This document shows positions 36,380-49,359 of a stretch of 64,000 nucleotides of DNA, in pieces. A program made the position numbers and the translations under genes. A model generated the notes under the pieces. That model searched no databases. It was not told where the DNA came from and saw only the letters and a program-made list of their open reading frames with translations. The DNA is from Callorhinchus milii (taxonomy: Eukaryota): the NCBI RefSeq assembly GCF_018977255.1, contig NW_024704742.1, positions 103,542,001 through 103,606,000 on the forward strand, read 5' to 3'. Numbering within the stretch: position 1 is the first letter of the stretch; every line of letters starts with the position of its first letter.

Positions 36380-36612
36380 TGCTAACTCTTTGGCTTGCAG
36401 TTTTAACAGGAGGTGGTTGGGAAGAATCCCTGCTCCCAATGATTAGTCTGCCCTTCCAAATCCCGTGGATGAGTCTGGCAAGCTGTCATTAGTCGTGTCT
36501 TGCAGACTCACCTGGTTCAGGAACTAGACTACCAAGACTGCCACAGAGAGTTGACTAGATTCCAACATTCCCTCATCAAACCAGCGCTGTTCCAAGGGGA
36601 ATCTGCTTACCG
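36380..36612. repeat. Unclassified interspersed repeat 'X', copy 3 (partial, inverted relative to copy 2)
   Basis: TCTGCCCTTCCAA, CACCTGGTTCAGGAACTAGACTACC, GATTCCAACA and TCCAAGG..GCTTAC match the reverse complement of 35020-35220. Confidence 0.72.
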
Positions 36613-38473
36613 CCCTACCAAGGAGGGTAGTAGGTAAAATGGAATCAATGGGTTGATATTGATTAAAAAGAAGTTGTTTTTTACAAGATATTCTAATCAC
36701 CATGCAACTCTGAGACATGAAGAGCGATGTAGTTTTGTGCTGAAATAAAAGTGAATTTACAAATAAAGACGCTACATAAATGCAATTTGTTGTTGTTTGG
36801 GTTAGAACATTCCATTTACCTTCAACATTTAAATCTGAATTGAGCCCGAGCACACTGGTCATGCTAGCTGGTCATGTGAATATGTAAACATGAGGAGTGG
36901 CATGACAAGACATTATATCAGCAGATGAATAGTTTAAGTTAAAATCAAATTATTTTTGTTCACCTTCTTTCATTTGTTTCTCCCTCTCTCACTAGTTTTT
37001 TCTCTCTCATGTGTAAATATATTAATGCAAATTGTTGTTATTTTCACTTTTATTAGCTTCATTGCTACATTATTTATAACACATTCACATCAGCACAGAT
37101 TTGTGTGCACATCTCATTGACAACTTCCACTTTCCCCAATGAGTATTTTCATCCTGTGATCCTATTAATGATATACCTGCTGCTTTTCTTCAAGCTCTGC
37201 ACTTTCTTCCAGACCTCCTCTCAGGTCCTGTAATTGCAGACACAGCACCAACACTGTCTGTCACAGATGGCTAACACTTTCCTCCCCCAACAAAAATTGA
37301 CGGCTTTTCTTCACTACAGTGTGAAGGAATACCACAAGAAATGTGCAGGTGCAAATGGAAATGAAGGAAGTGGAATATCTTCAGGGAAGCACATTGAAAT
37401 GCAATGCAAATTAAGCATATTAAAGATTAAATGAAATACATCTCTTGGGCATCAAGGACTGTTTCATTGGTACTTGAAAAGTCCCTGTTCAAGAGACCAA
37501 GATGTGAATCATGGATGTCAGCTATCTATTGAACCTCAAAGAGTTCTTATCGACTCATTGCATAATTAGCAAGTTGTTTCCATGTTTAGTCATTAATATG
37601 ACAAAACATCTTATTAAGATTTAAAATTGCCAGCCTTGAGTTATGTGTCCTGTTGTTCTGGGTATTCTTTCCCGCTGTCACACAACATTCTAAGCAGTAA
37701 AATGTAATCTGCTATTTTTAAAAGAATTCATGAACCTTTTGCGTGAGTTGCTTTAATTCCCTAGTGCTTCAAATTTACAAAATAAAAGAGCTCGCCAAAA
37801 TGTCACTAAAAAGGCATCGCTTGGACTCTTAGAGGAGTTTCTTAAATATTTTAAGGAACACTTTAAAGAATACTGCAAATTTTGTCCCAGACGAACAGGA
37901 GTCATTGATTCTGTTCTGCTATTTTTATTAGATTATGGAAGATTTTTAAATTACATTGTGTGGCCTTTTCTCCATATTCCCCAACACCTTTACTTTCTAA
38001 ATATCTCCCGCTTAACCATGTCAGTCAATTCTCTGCGAATTCCACACTCGCACTGTGCGAAGAAATGTTGCTGATCTCATTTCTAACCAGTTTACCTTGA
38101 ATCTTATTATGCCCCTGGTCTGTTTTGGAATGTGGTAAGGATCAAGGCACAGTAAGCTATTTGATTCTTGTCCAACTCTATATTAACAAGTAGCCAAGCC
38201 AACAACCCAGAAGGCTCTGGAAATCTGGGCATTGGCAATTTACAGCACTGATCGATATTCATGGTGCCAGAATGCTACAGCATGATGTATTTCTTGGCAC
38301 TGTGATGTGGTTCCTGTAGTAGTGGACCAGATCTATAATTTTAATTGCTCATAATTCAAATACAACTTGTTGTTCAGCTTACCCCTACTGCCCTACTTCT
38401 AGCCCCTTTTAGCTCTAATTCTGTAAATGTTAGCTCATTTCTCAATCTTCCTTAATTGGGTTTATTCTGTAGC

Positions 38474-38815
38474 TGGAGTCCTGCAGCTCAGGAGCCTCGC
38501 AAGCCAGAGGATCTGGATTTGATTCCCAACAGGGCGAAACTTTAGACAGATTTTCTTACTCCACACGCCTTTGTTTACCTAACAGTAAGTAGGAACCCGG
38601 TTGTTGGTCGATTGATGGATCGCTTTTCTGGTGGCAATATCCCTTAAAAAAAAATTATGGTCACTCAATCCACGACTGCTGTGTGCAATTGGCTGTCACG
38701 TTTTGCCCACAAAATATACAGTCAATTAACTTTACAATATATTCTGCAAAGCACTTTGAGACATCTAGAAGACGAGATAAGGCGATATACCAAATGCAAG
38801 GATTATTATTATTAT
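38474..38815 (+). mobile_element. tRNA-Ala CORE-type SINE, long form
   Basis: GGAGTCCTGCAGCTCAG head (partly deleted), internal segment, tail. Confidence 0.88.
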
Positions 38816-39604
38816 AATGTAGTAAGTGGGGGAAGGGTGTACTTTAACTGAGACTCCGTGTTAAGGTGTTAAACTGCAGCCACTCATCAGCACCTCTGGT
38901 GTTGTCAGAGTCGCTGATAATGAAATTACACAATATTACAAAAGTAATTGGGAGCAAATGGATGCTGTTTGGGTTCTTTTCAACCTTTTTTATTGCAAAT
39001 TTTTTTATTATTACAGTTTTTAATAGGCTCTTCTATTACATTTCCTCTAAGCGGACTGTAAAAAAAAGAAAGTAGTCTCATAATTATTGGCTGATCTGGC
39101 AAAGGATTCATCACAGATGGGACCTTTCGACATGATAAGGCTCTAAATCAAATGCAAGAATTATTATGAGAAGTTATTAAATTAACTGTATCATGTTCTG
39201 CTATTTTAAACCCTTTGTCCAAGTTGCTGCAAGTCACAGTTGGACCATATTTTATTGCTGTGATAAACTCAATACATTACATTCGGTTCCCTGCAGCCTC
39301 CCCAGCTGAGATCAGCTTATTCAGCACAATAAGTAGAATCAGTGCCTCACCATTAGGGTAATTTGTTTACGCACTGAAACATCAGGAAAAAATAACCTGT
39401 TTCGACCTGCGCAATCTGAGGCCTCATCCACATGAATATTTTAATGCAGGCACAACCCAGAGGAATAGAATCAGCCCACACGATAGAACATTCAGAAATT
39501 CCTACCAGGACTTTAGTCAGTCAGAGCTATTTTTTTTCTCTATCTGAAATACTAAAAAGATAATTGACATGAAGAAAATAAGATGCTGCAGAACCAATGA
39601 CTAT

Positions 39605-39791
39605 AAATAAAAAAAAATAATTTGGTCATTCAATCCACGACTATTTGTGGGACACTGCTGTGCGCAATTGGCTGCCCCATTTCACCCACAAAATAAGTCA
39701 ATTCACTTTACAGTATATTCTGTGAAGCACTTTGAGACATCTCAAAGACGTGATGAGGCGCTATATCAAATGCAAGGATTATTATTATTAT
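39605..39791 (+). mobile_element. tRNA-Ala CORE-type SINE, 3' fragment
   Basis: Body and tail match the other copies. Confidence 0.88.
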
Positions 39792-40459
39792 AAGCCATTT
39801 AGGCAAATTACTGTCAAAAGATTTGAAGAATTGGTGGGTTAGATAATGTTTGTTGGTCAGAGTCACAAAGACTGCTTGTCTTTACTCACTACTCTGATGC
39901 CCGTTTTTATCCACCATTTATGAAAATCAAACTCAAACGGAATATTTCTTGTTTCTCAAGAATGAACCATAGCTGAAAGTTCTGTCATAAAAACAAGCTA
40001 CCAACTGAATATTAATAAGATAAGTAAGATAAGATATTAATAAGATAAGTTAGCTCATTAATATCCAGTTGGTAATTATAGCGTATGTATTGGCTTGTTT
40101 TGAACCTGTGTGTATTAATTGGGTTTTGTTTAGTCAACGTGGGAATAGGAGGATTTCTTCGTCAGAACTCTATTTAAATCCAAAGATTTATTCCAAAAGC
40201 TAAAGACTAAAAAACGGTATGTAGCATTTAATTGTGGAAATGGAACCAGACACTGCCAATGTTTGGAATACATTTATAGGAATCTTAACAAACCACCATT
40301 CAATTGAGTGAGATGAGATCCACCCTCGGGAGGGGAAGAAATGTGGAACTGACTCCTAAAAGAAGAAATGACTCTGCGTCAAGTAACTGTTTAAGAACAA
40401 TTGGCTAATCATCTGCATGAGGACAGTGTTCACATTTATTTTATGCATGTTGCAGATTT

Positions 40460-40687
40460 GGGGGGAGAAATTAAACCTGGGTCTAGATTTACTCTATATT
40501 CATAACATTTCAGAGTATCCAGAAATTTGACTATTTCTTAAATTTCTTCAAATTTTAAAACTTTTTTTGGTAAATTTTACAAACATTTAACCAGCTTCAA
40601 AGTTAAGACTGAATTGAACAATTTGCCAAAATTCTGCATGTTCTAAGCAAATAGAATAAATCTAGAACCAGATGGAATTTCATTCCC
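40460..40687. mobile_element. Palindromic MITE (GGGGAGAAATT family)
   Basis: GGGGAGAAATTAAACCTGGGTCTAGATTTACTCTAT ... ATAGAATAAATCTAGAACCAGATGGAATTTCATTCCC; TTT on both flanks. Confidence 0.75.
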
Positions 40688-41674
40688 TTTGACAGATAGA
40701 CTTGAAACATATTGAAGATGATTCTTGCTGCTATAAGACAAACACCATATATATTTTACAATGCCTTGAAAATGCCACTATAAGCTCAGACTGGGGCAGT
40801 TATTTATCGACATATGAAGCAAAGTGTTAATGAATGCTGTAATGAAGCCTGGACTAAGTCTGACCTGCAGTGCCAGTTCCATGCATTATTCAGTCACTAA
40901 TGACATTCTGAACATCTGTGATCAGGGCTCCCTCCGCCTCCTTGTCCTCCTCGACCTCTCTGCCACCTTCGACACTGTCGACCACTCCATCCTCATACAC
41001 GACCTCTCCTCTTTACTTAATCTTCATGGTCCTGCCCTTGCCTGGTTCGATTCCTATCTCTCTCACTGTCTCCACTTCGTTGCCTCCAATGGTTTCTCCT
41101 CCAGCCCCCGCACTGTCACATCTGGTGTCCCCCCAGGGCTCTGTCCTTGGCCCTCACCTCCTTGATATCTACATGCTCCCCATTGGTGACATCATCCGCA
41201 GACATGGGGTCAACTTCCATATGTATGTGGATGACACCCAACTCTATCTTTCTGCCTCACCCTCAAATCGAGGACCACTGCTGTCCTGACAGACTCCCTG
41301 TCGGACATCAAGTCCTGGATGAGTGCAAATTTCCTACAGTTGAACGTGAACAGGACTGAGGCCCTCCTGATTGGCTCGCGCCAGCGCCTCAGCACCTCAG
41401 GCTCTGGCAGCATCAACCTCCATGGTTGCACACTGCCACTCACCAGCCAGTCAGGAGCCTGGGTGTCTTGTTCAACCCTCAACTGTCTTTTCTCCCCCAC
41501 ATCAAGCCATTAACCCGCTCTGCCTTCCCTCACCTCCTAACATCGCCCGATTCCGCCACTACCTCACCCCGCAGGCCGCTGAAACTCTTGTTCATGCCTT
41601 CGTCACCTCCAGGCTCAACTATGCACACGCCCTGCTTGTCGGCCTTCCCAACTCCTCCCTCTGCAGACTGCAGA

Positions 41675-42252
41675 CATCACTCCCACCCTCGCTCGCCTCC
41701 ACTGGCTCCCCATCCCCCAGAGGATTGATTTCAAGATCCTCATCCTCACCTACAAGGCCATTCACGGCCTTGCTCCCTCCTACCTCTCCAACCTACTATC
41801 CCCCTACCTACCTGCCCGTACCCTCCGTTCCTCCGGCTCCGGTCTGCTCCACGTCCCCCGCCCCAACCGCCCTACCATCGGTGGTCGGGCCTTCAGCCTC
41901 TCAGCCCCCAGGCTCTGGAACTCTATCCCCCAGTGCCTTCGCCGCTTCCTCCCTTTCCTCCTTCAAGGCCGGTCTCAAAACCTTTCTCTTTGACCGTGCC
42001 TTCAGCTCCCCTCTCGACTCTCCTCCCCCTCCTCGCTCCCTCCCTTCCCTCCCCTCACCCTGACCATTTCCCCGCTCCTCGCTCCCTCCCTTCCCTCCCC
42101 TCACCCTGACCATTTCCTCCCTCCTCGCTCCCTCCCTTCCCTCCCCTCACCCTGACCATTTCCCCCCTGCTCGGGTCATGACCCAACTGTGCAGCGCCTT
42201 GGGACGTCCTCCTGACGTGAAAGGCGCTTTATAAATGGAATCTTGTTGTTGT
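41675..42252 (+). mobile_element. Young L2 3' fragment nested in older L2
   Basis: Near-identical to 17568-18046; flanked by TGCAGA direct repeats (41669-41674, 42253-42258). Confidence 0.88.
42029..42166. repeat. 46-bp tandem repeat x3 in the L2 3' UTR
   Basis: CTCCTCGCTCCCTCCCTTCCCTCCCCTCACCCTGACCATTTCC.. starts at 42029, 42075 and 42121. Confidence 0.93.
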
Positions 42253-42849
42253 TGCAGATAATCCAGAACTCTGCAGCCCGTGTCCTCTCCCGCACCAAAC
42301 TCCATGACCCCATCTCCCCCACTCTCGCCCAACTCCACTGGCTCCCTATTCTTCAGAGGATCCAGTTCAAGATCTTGGTCCTCAAATACAAAGCCCTCCA
42401 TGGCCTCGCCCCACCCTACCTCTGCGACCTCCTAACCCCTACCAACCCACCCATTCCTTCCGCTCAGCCGGCTCTGGCCTGCTCCATGTCCACCGACCCA
42501 CCCGCCCCACCCGCCCCACCATTTGGTACTTCTTGGTACTTTTAAATCATCATTGTTTGATTATGTCTGAAATTTTGTTCACAGCAAGGTGTGAATGAAT
42601 TAATCAGTTTGCAGTGTTTATTGTAACCATCCATCTTGTGCCAAAGTTGGTTGTGTTCCTCTTCACAAATTTAACAAACTCTAGGAATTAGTCAAATATT
42701 ATCAATAGCCTTTCTGCCCCAACTCTCTGGAACTCCATCTTAGAGTCCCTTTTGTGCAAATTAGCTGCCAAATTCAGCAACAAATACACAATCACTACAC
42801 TTTACAGTGAATCCTGTGAGGTGTTTTGAGAAATAATTTTAGGTCAGAT

Positions 42850-43365
42850 GCCAGAATGTTTTATCTTTACTCAGAGAGTAATCAATGACTGGAACAGGTT
42901 GCCAGGAAAGGTGGTTGAAGTCAGGACACTGGACTCATTTAAAAGGCAGCTTGATTCTGTGATAGGAGGAAAGGTGGGCGAATATTCTGGAGTCCTGGAG
43001 CTCAGTGGTTAGAGTACTTGCTTTGCAAGCGAGAGACCTGGGTTTGATTCCTGGCAGGGAGAAACCTTGGGCAAGTTTCCTTCTCCACATGCCTAATAAT
43101 AATCCCTCAAAAACAAAACAATAATAAATTGATCACTTCAATCCACGACTGCTTGTGGGACACTGCTGTGAACAATTGGCTGCCGTGTTTTGCCCACATA
43201 ATATGCAGTCAATTCTCTTTACAGTATATTCTGTGAAGCGCTTTGAGACATCTAGAAGACGTGAAAAGCGCTATATCAAATGCAAGGATTATTATTATTG
43301 TTATTATTGGATGGATGAGATCAGATGAATCGAAGAGCCTTCTTCATCCAAACTAGACTTGTGAA
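42850..43365 (+). mobile_element. CR1 3' end split by a SINE
   Basis: FTQRVINDWNRLPGKVVEV..LDSFKRQLD at 42866-42960; 3' UTR (GATGAATCGAAGAGCCTTC) resumes after 43308. Confidence 0.75.
42989..43308 (+). mobile_element. tRNA-Ala CORE-type SINE, short form, full length
   Basis: Head, core, body and (TTA)n tail. Confidence 0.93.
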
Positions 43366-43564
43366 ATGATGATATATTAAATGCAAGAATTATTATTATT
43401 TTTATTATTATTATTAAAGAGCCTTCTCCCAGTAAAACAACAACAACAAATTGCATTTATGTAGCATCTTTCAAGTCAGGAGGAAACAGTTCGAAGTGTT
43501 TCATAGATGGTTTCTGTAACATGTAGTCACTGCATTTGTAGGCAAACCAAATTAGATGATTCAT

Positions 43565-43696
43565 AGTAATAATAATAATAATAATAATCCTTGCATTTGA
43601 TATAGCGCTTTTCACGTCGGGAGGACGTCCCAAAGCGCTTCACAGAACACACTGTAAAGTGAATTGACTGTATATTTGTGGGCGAACGCGGCAGCC
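43565..43696 (-). mobile_element. tRNA-Ala CORE-type SINE, 3' fragment, young
   Basis: Nearly identical to the 3' end of the 35303 copy, including GGGACGTCCTCCCGACGTG. Confidence 0.9.
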
Positions 43697-43988
43697 CTGT
43701 ATGCCCTGTGGTACACATATAATTCTGTTTAAATGGTTTCTCATTTTTACTTTTGATTGGCAGTTAGCGCAATACCACCTTTCATATATAATGGTATCTA
43801 TACTGAAAGCTGAAGAATTGTAAATGAAGCACTAACCTGTTTAGAAAGTTTATAATATTATTCAAAAGAGCAGACAATTTCTGCCAGTGTTCTGCCAGCT
43901 AATATTCCTCAAGATTAATTGATCATTCACTTCTTGGCTGTTTGCAAGTCCTTGAACCGTGAAGGACACTGCATAAATGCAGTTTATA

Positions 43989-44350
43989 TAATAATAATCC
44001 TTGCATTTGATATAGCGCTTTTCATATCTTCTCAACGTCTCAAAGCACTTCATAGAATATACTGTAAAGTGAATTGACTGTATATTTGTGGGCGAAACGC
44101 GGCAGCCAATTGTGCACAGCAGTGTCCCACAAACAGTCGTGGATTGAGTAACCAAATTATTATTGTTTTTTTTCTTGAGGAATTATTATCCCCAGAAAAG
44201 CAATCCTCCAATCGACTAAAAACTGGGTTCCTACTTACTGATAGGTAAACAGAGGCATGTGGAGTAAGGAAACTTTTCGCCCTGCTGGGAATCAAACCAA
44301 GGTCTGTCGCTTGTGCGGCGAGTGCTCTAACCACTGAGCTACAGGACTTC
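43989..44350 (-). mobile_element. tRNA-Ala CORE-type SINE, long form, full length
   Basis: Head, internal segment, body and tail. Confidence 0.92.
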
Positions 44351-46174
44351 AGTTTGCAGCTACAGTTTGTTGTTGTTCTTGTGGGACATTGCTTCATGCA
44401 AATTGATTACTGCTTTTTTTACAATACACAGTCACTACACTTGACAGCAATTCCCTAAGAAGTGCTTTGACATTATGGAGATTATACCAAATGCAAGAAA
44501 TACTTCATAGCCAAGAGTTAAGTAGTATTAGAAAGTAATATGATCAATATATGACACTTTTCTCTCTCCAGAATCTAATGAGTTTTTGCAATATTTGTGC
44601 GGTCTCAGATTTACACTCCTGAAATTTCTGTTGAAATGTTGAATGTACTGCTGACATTACTTCTGCAGAACTATGGGAATAATCTCCAAGGTAGGTAGAG
44701 AACTTTGCCAGTACAAGAGCAAATATGTTCTTCATATCTTGCATTTAAGAAGAACAACAACAACTTGCACTTATATAACGCCCTTCACTTGGGGTAGCAT
44801 CCTGGAGAGTTTCACATCCTTCTCATCTACCACCTGGACCACATACTCTTGGAATTAATATCTGTAAATTGTATATCAATGTTACATAACCCAGAAAAAA
44901 AACACTTGAAAATATTAATTAGAATTACAAAGTTAGAGAATGGGAAACGATTCTTCATAATTCACATAAGGGAAGTTTTGATTAGAATCCAAAAAAGAAT
45001 TATATTAGCATATTGATAGAAAACTACTCTACACTTGGTTTAAGCAGAATTAATAACTAGATTTATACCAAATGCAGAAATATATGCTACTAAACAATTA
45101 GTATAAATTGTACTAGTACTAAACAATACCCCCAAAGTGATCAGTAAACGTTTCTTTTATTATTCAAGATAAGAGTGAGGAAAAGGGGATGAAACTACGA
45201 TAGAATAAAAACTGTGAAGTTTTTTTTAATCTGATATGTTTCCATGTGTTTGAATGTTGAATTAGCAGAATTCCAATTTCAGTATTTCTCTTTCACCTTT
45301 ATATCCAATATTCATCCATGGTTGATATCTTATACATTGTAATCATATTATAGTCACAATTCAGGCAGGAGCAAACCATTGATCCATCCAGCTTAACCTT
45401 CCAATTTCCCATAACATTCCCTTGATGCATTTATCTCTAAATTGAACAAGTCTGATGATATCAAATGTTATTAAACATTCACAGCTACGGATATGCAGTG
45501 AGCAAATGCAACTGAGCAGCACAAACCTGACCGCTATGTGGCACACAGATATCAGGGACGACAAGTGACTTTCAGACAATCAGATTTCTAAGGTCTTAAT
45601 TCGGAAACTGTCTCTTTTTAAGAAATGAGGAAAAAAAAATTCCGATAGAATTTAAGATTATTCCACAAATCGGCCTGAACTTAAATTTGAAGACAAAGTT
45701 GTGTTACAGGCTAAGACTCAGTGCAATTTCAGGCTTCTGCATCTGCATCACTGAACGTGAATCAGGTTTATATTTTGCATGTGCCAGATGTGATAAATTT
45801 CACATTGGGTTCAGTTAACAAGGATTCTGTGCAAAGTGCTAATGCTCTGTCACAACTGTCAGCACCAGCTAACAAAATCAGAGGCAAAATACTGACTAAG
45901 CTAACTGGGAAATCTAATTTTGCTTTTTGACAGTTATAGTGAATACAGTAAATAAAATAAGGAATTGCATCATGAGTTATTGACACATATACCAGAAATG
46001 ACAATTTCAATATCACTTTCATAAGTTATATGCATGGAATTCTCAGCTTGGTTTGGATACTTTTAAGCATGTGTCAGACACCTGGCTGACCCCCCCAAAA
46101 ATGCAAGGCATTACGTGTAACTGGAATCTGGGGGGAGGCGGGGAGGAAACTTCCCAATTTGTGGCTTATTTAAG

Positions 46175-46281
46175 ACCACAAAATATACAGTCAATCCATT
46201 TTACAGTATATTCTGCAAAGCGCTTTGAGACAGCTCAACGACGCGAAAGGTGCTGTATCAAATGCAAGGTTTATTATTATT
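46175..46281 (+). mobile_element. SINE 3' tail fragment
   Basis: CCACAAAATATACAGTCAAT..AAATGCAAGGTTTATTATT. Confidence 0.78.
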
Positions 46282-48502
46282 TAACATACTCCTGCCAATA
46301 GTTCAATGCAGTTGTTGACTAATTAGAACTATGAATTAAACACAATATTGTTGGATTCTCACATAACTTAAATAAAGTGATCCTTTTTTTGACCCTTTGT
46401 TTACAAGTCTGGCTTAGTCACCACTGGCAGGATGGAAGAGACGATAATGTGAAAAAAGAAGCTGAGTTGTTACATTTACTAGGAACTGAGTTAAAATGTT
46501 ATTAAACTAATACATTAAAGCACCTAATGACAAGATGGACTTTGCAAATAAAGTCCCGGTAGTAAGTGATGTTAAGGGCTGTGAGCCACAGTTATGGTGT
46601 TATTGTAATTAGATAACTCACTCACTTTGCCTGATCGTGTTCACTCACAGAGAGGAGCAGAGGCCAGACCAGCTTTGAGTGAATCATTTTCACATCGGGG
46701 TTTGCAGCCAGCGCTGGCTGTGAGTTACTGATTCCCTAAACTGCCTTTATGTCTTTTCCATCCGCTTGGTGTTCTGGAACTAGTGATGATGTGTGAAGAT
46801 GGATGCAGTGCAACTAAAAATGTACCCATTAACACAAAACTTAAATGCAGTACAGCTCGTCCAAATAAGTAGGGATTTAATATGAGAAGGACATTCAGCC
46901 CTCTGTGCCCACCTAGCCACACACTATTCCTTGGTCCTATGTACCGCCACTTACTGTCTAATCCAAGCAGATTCCAACAGCTCTTTTAATCCATTCTCTT
47001 TCACCCATTCATTGTATTTTCTCATTGCAGTGTTTCTGTCTAGTTGGCATGTGTTTACTGTACTTCTATGGAATACTAGCTCCACAATTTGGCCCTGGAG
47101 TGCAATTTAATCTGGTCTTAATATCAATGTTCTTTTCCAGGACCAGACATTAAAACTTAGTGCCACATTTTGCTAACTAAGTTAAAGTCATTATTCAAAA
47201 CAGTATTTGCTTTATAGAATTTCTCATAAAAAAAGTTAATTCCCATTACCGTAAAATCTTTCCTTAATATTTTGTAATATTTTCTCGCAGACTAATGTGC
47301 TTGCTCCACTTGGAGTCCATTACAGAACATGCAGTCATATGTTTCGGAGACACAGGGACCCAAAAGCTGCCTCCAAATAATTATAATGTTAATAGAATTC
47401 AATGAGAAGTGATGCAGTGGGACCCACAGAAGATCTATTGAAGCTCACGTATCCAATTGTAATCCATCATTTTCAAAAGTCAGTTTAAATTATTAAGAAC
47501 TCACACCTCACCGTTGACATCATATCAGCTATGCAGCCTGTCCTCCAAATGGAATCAGACAAACGCACATAAAACTACATTAGCAACTACAACAAATTAC
47601 ATTTGTATAGTGCCTTTCATGTCAGGAGGACGTCCCAAAGCGCTAAAATTAGGCAGATTGGTTAACTGCAGACCTCTACGTGTGTTTTTGCAGCCCACCA
47701 CTACCTCTAAATGGGTCGGTTGTTTCGTTGCTGTACAAATTGGTTTGCTTATAAAATACAGTTACTACAATTTCCTGTAAATCCTGTGAAGCACTTTGAG
47801 ACACCCTACCAACATAAAAGGAGTGATGTTAAATACATGGATTATTATTTAAACGTAGGGTTTATTATTATATTCACCAAACATATTGAATAGAGCAGAA
47901 TACTAGGTAATTCACTTGAACAAATTCTTGCTTGTGTGAAGCTCACTAATTTGTAGCTGTGTCTACACATTTTGCAAGTCCAGAAATTGCAACACTTTTG
48001 AAACATGGATTAATTGTGTATTCTCAAGTGGAACACTTAACTGATTACAAATAATGACTTCAGGACATTTCTGAATAAAATCAAGAATTTTAATGAGTCG
48101 CTGAAGCAATTACCATTTTACAAACACTGACAGAAAAGCAGTTCTGAGCTGAAACATAAATTATTTTGCCCGGTTGCAACTTTGCTCCAATATCCACCAA
48201 CGAGACCGGTGTTTGCATTAAAGTTCCCTGATAAAGTGCAGCCTTTGCAGTATATTTTCACTGCAAGTCAAAAAGTGCTTCTCTCATTCATTTCCAACAC
48301 TGGTATAAAGTTCCAGCAATGAGGTCAGTTTAAAGATTTGTTCCTATTCATCACATTAAATGTGTCAGGGGACCCTCTTCCCCCCTCACTACCCAATACC
48401 ATTCTGACACTGACAAAAACTGCTTTTTGTTTTCAAATAGTTTTGTAAACTTGCTAAACGACCAATGTGTTCTTGCTGACAATCTCCAAATAAAGTTGAT
48501 CA

Positions 48503-48977
48503 TTCACAGAATATATTGTAAAGTGAATTGACTGAATATTTTGTGGGCAAAACGTGGCAGCTAATTGCGCTCAGCGGTGTCCCACAGACAGTCGTAGATT
48601 GAGTGACCAATTTATTATTATTATTATTTTTTGAAGCGTTCCTACTTATTGCCTGGTAAACAGAGGTGTGTGGAGTAACAACAACTACAACAACAACTTG
48701 CACTGGTGTAGCACCCTCCACGCAGGGTAGCGTCCCAGAGTGCTTAACAGTGGCGGAGCACGACTCTGAGCTGGGGGGAGGAGGCAGGTGGCTGTAAGCA
48801 CGGTCGAAGAGGAAAGTTTTTGGGCAGTACTGGAAAGAGGGAGAGAGGAGACAAGTTGGAGGGATTGATGAGAATGTTCCAGAGTAAGGAAACTTGCCCA
48901 ACATTTCGCCCTGCAGGTAAGCAAACCCAGGTCTCTCGCTTGCTAGACGATGCTCAAACCCTCAGCTACAGGACTCC
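48503..48977 (-). mobile_element. tRNA-Ala CORE-type SINE, long form, split by an L2 fragment (48679-48881)
   Basis: Head at 48882-48977, body at 48503-48678; GAGTAA duplicated on both sides of the L2 insert. Confidence 0.88.
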
Positions 48978-49359
48978 ACAACACTTTGCACTTATATCTA
49001 ACACTGTCACTTAGGAACAATGCCTCAAAGGCAAACTGGGAGCCAGTCTCGTGACTATCGTTCTTTGGGGGAGGGAGTGCAAGAAAGCAGGGTCCATTTG
49101 GAGCAAACCATGATTATCTGGAACTCTCAGTAGTTTAGTCTGGATACTCTGATGGTGATGGAAATCCAAGTGTGTCAGATACCCACCCTCCTGATCAAAA
49201 ATAAACCTCCCCGCCTGAGGAATGGGAATTGGTCGTGGAATTATTGGACATGTTCATTATTTTGGATTATTGTGAAGTACCAATTATGTTATTTATCATA
49301 ATGTGCAGATGGAGAAACTGTGCATGATAGGAGGGTTTGTGGAGACTAGTCATCCCTTT

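Larger units (their letters stand above)
40890..42520 (+). mobile_element. L2 LINE RT fragment (40890-41674 and 42253-42520), interrupted by a younger L2
   Basis: [57 protein letters not shown]; resumes at [17 protein letters not shown]. Confidence 0.93.

Noticed and set aside
41371..42063. Long Ser/Pro-rich ORFs in L2 copies (also 1155-1649, 17563-17937, 23576-24013)
   Set aside because: Alternative frames of C-rich L2 ORF2 and 3' UTR.
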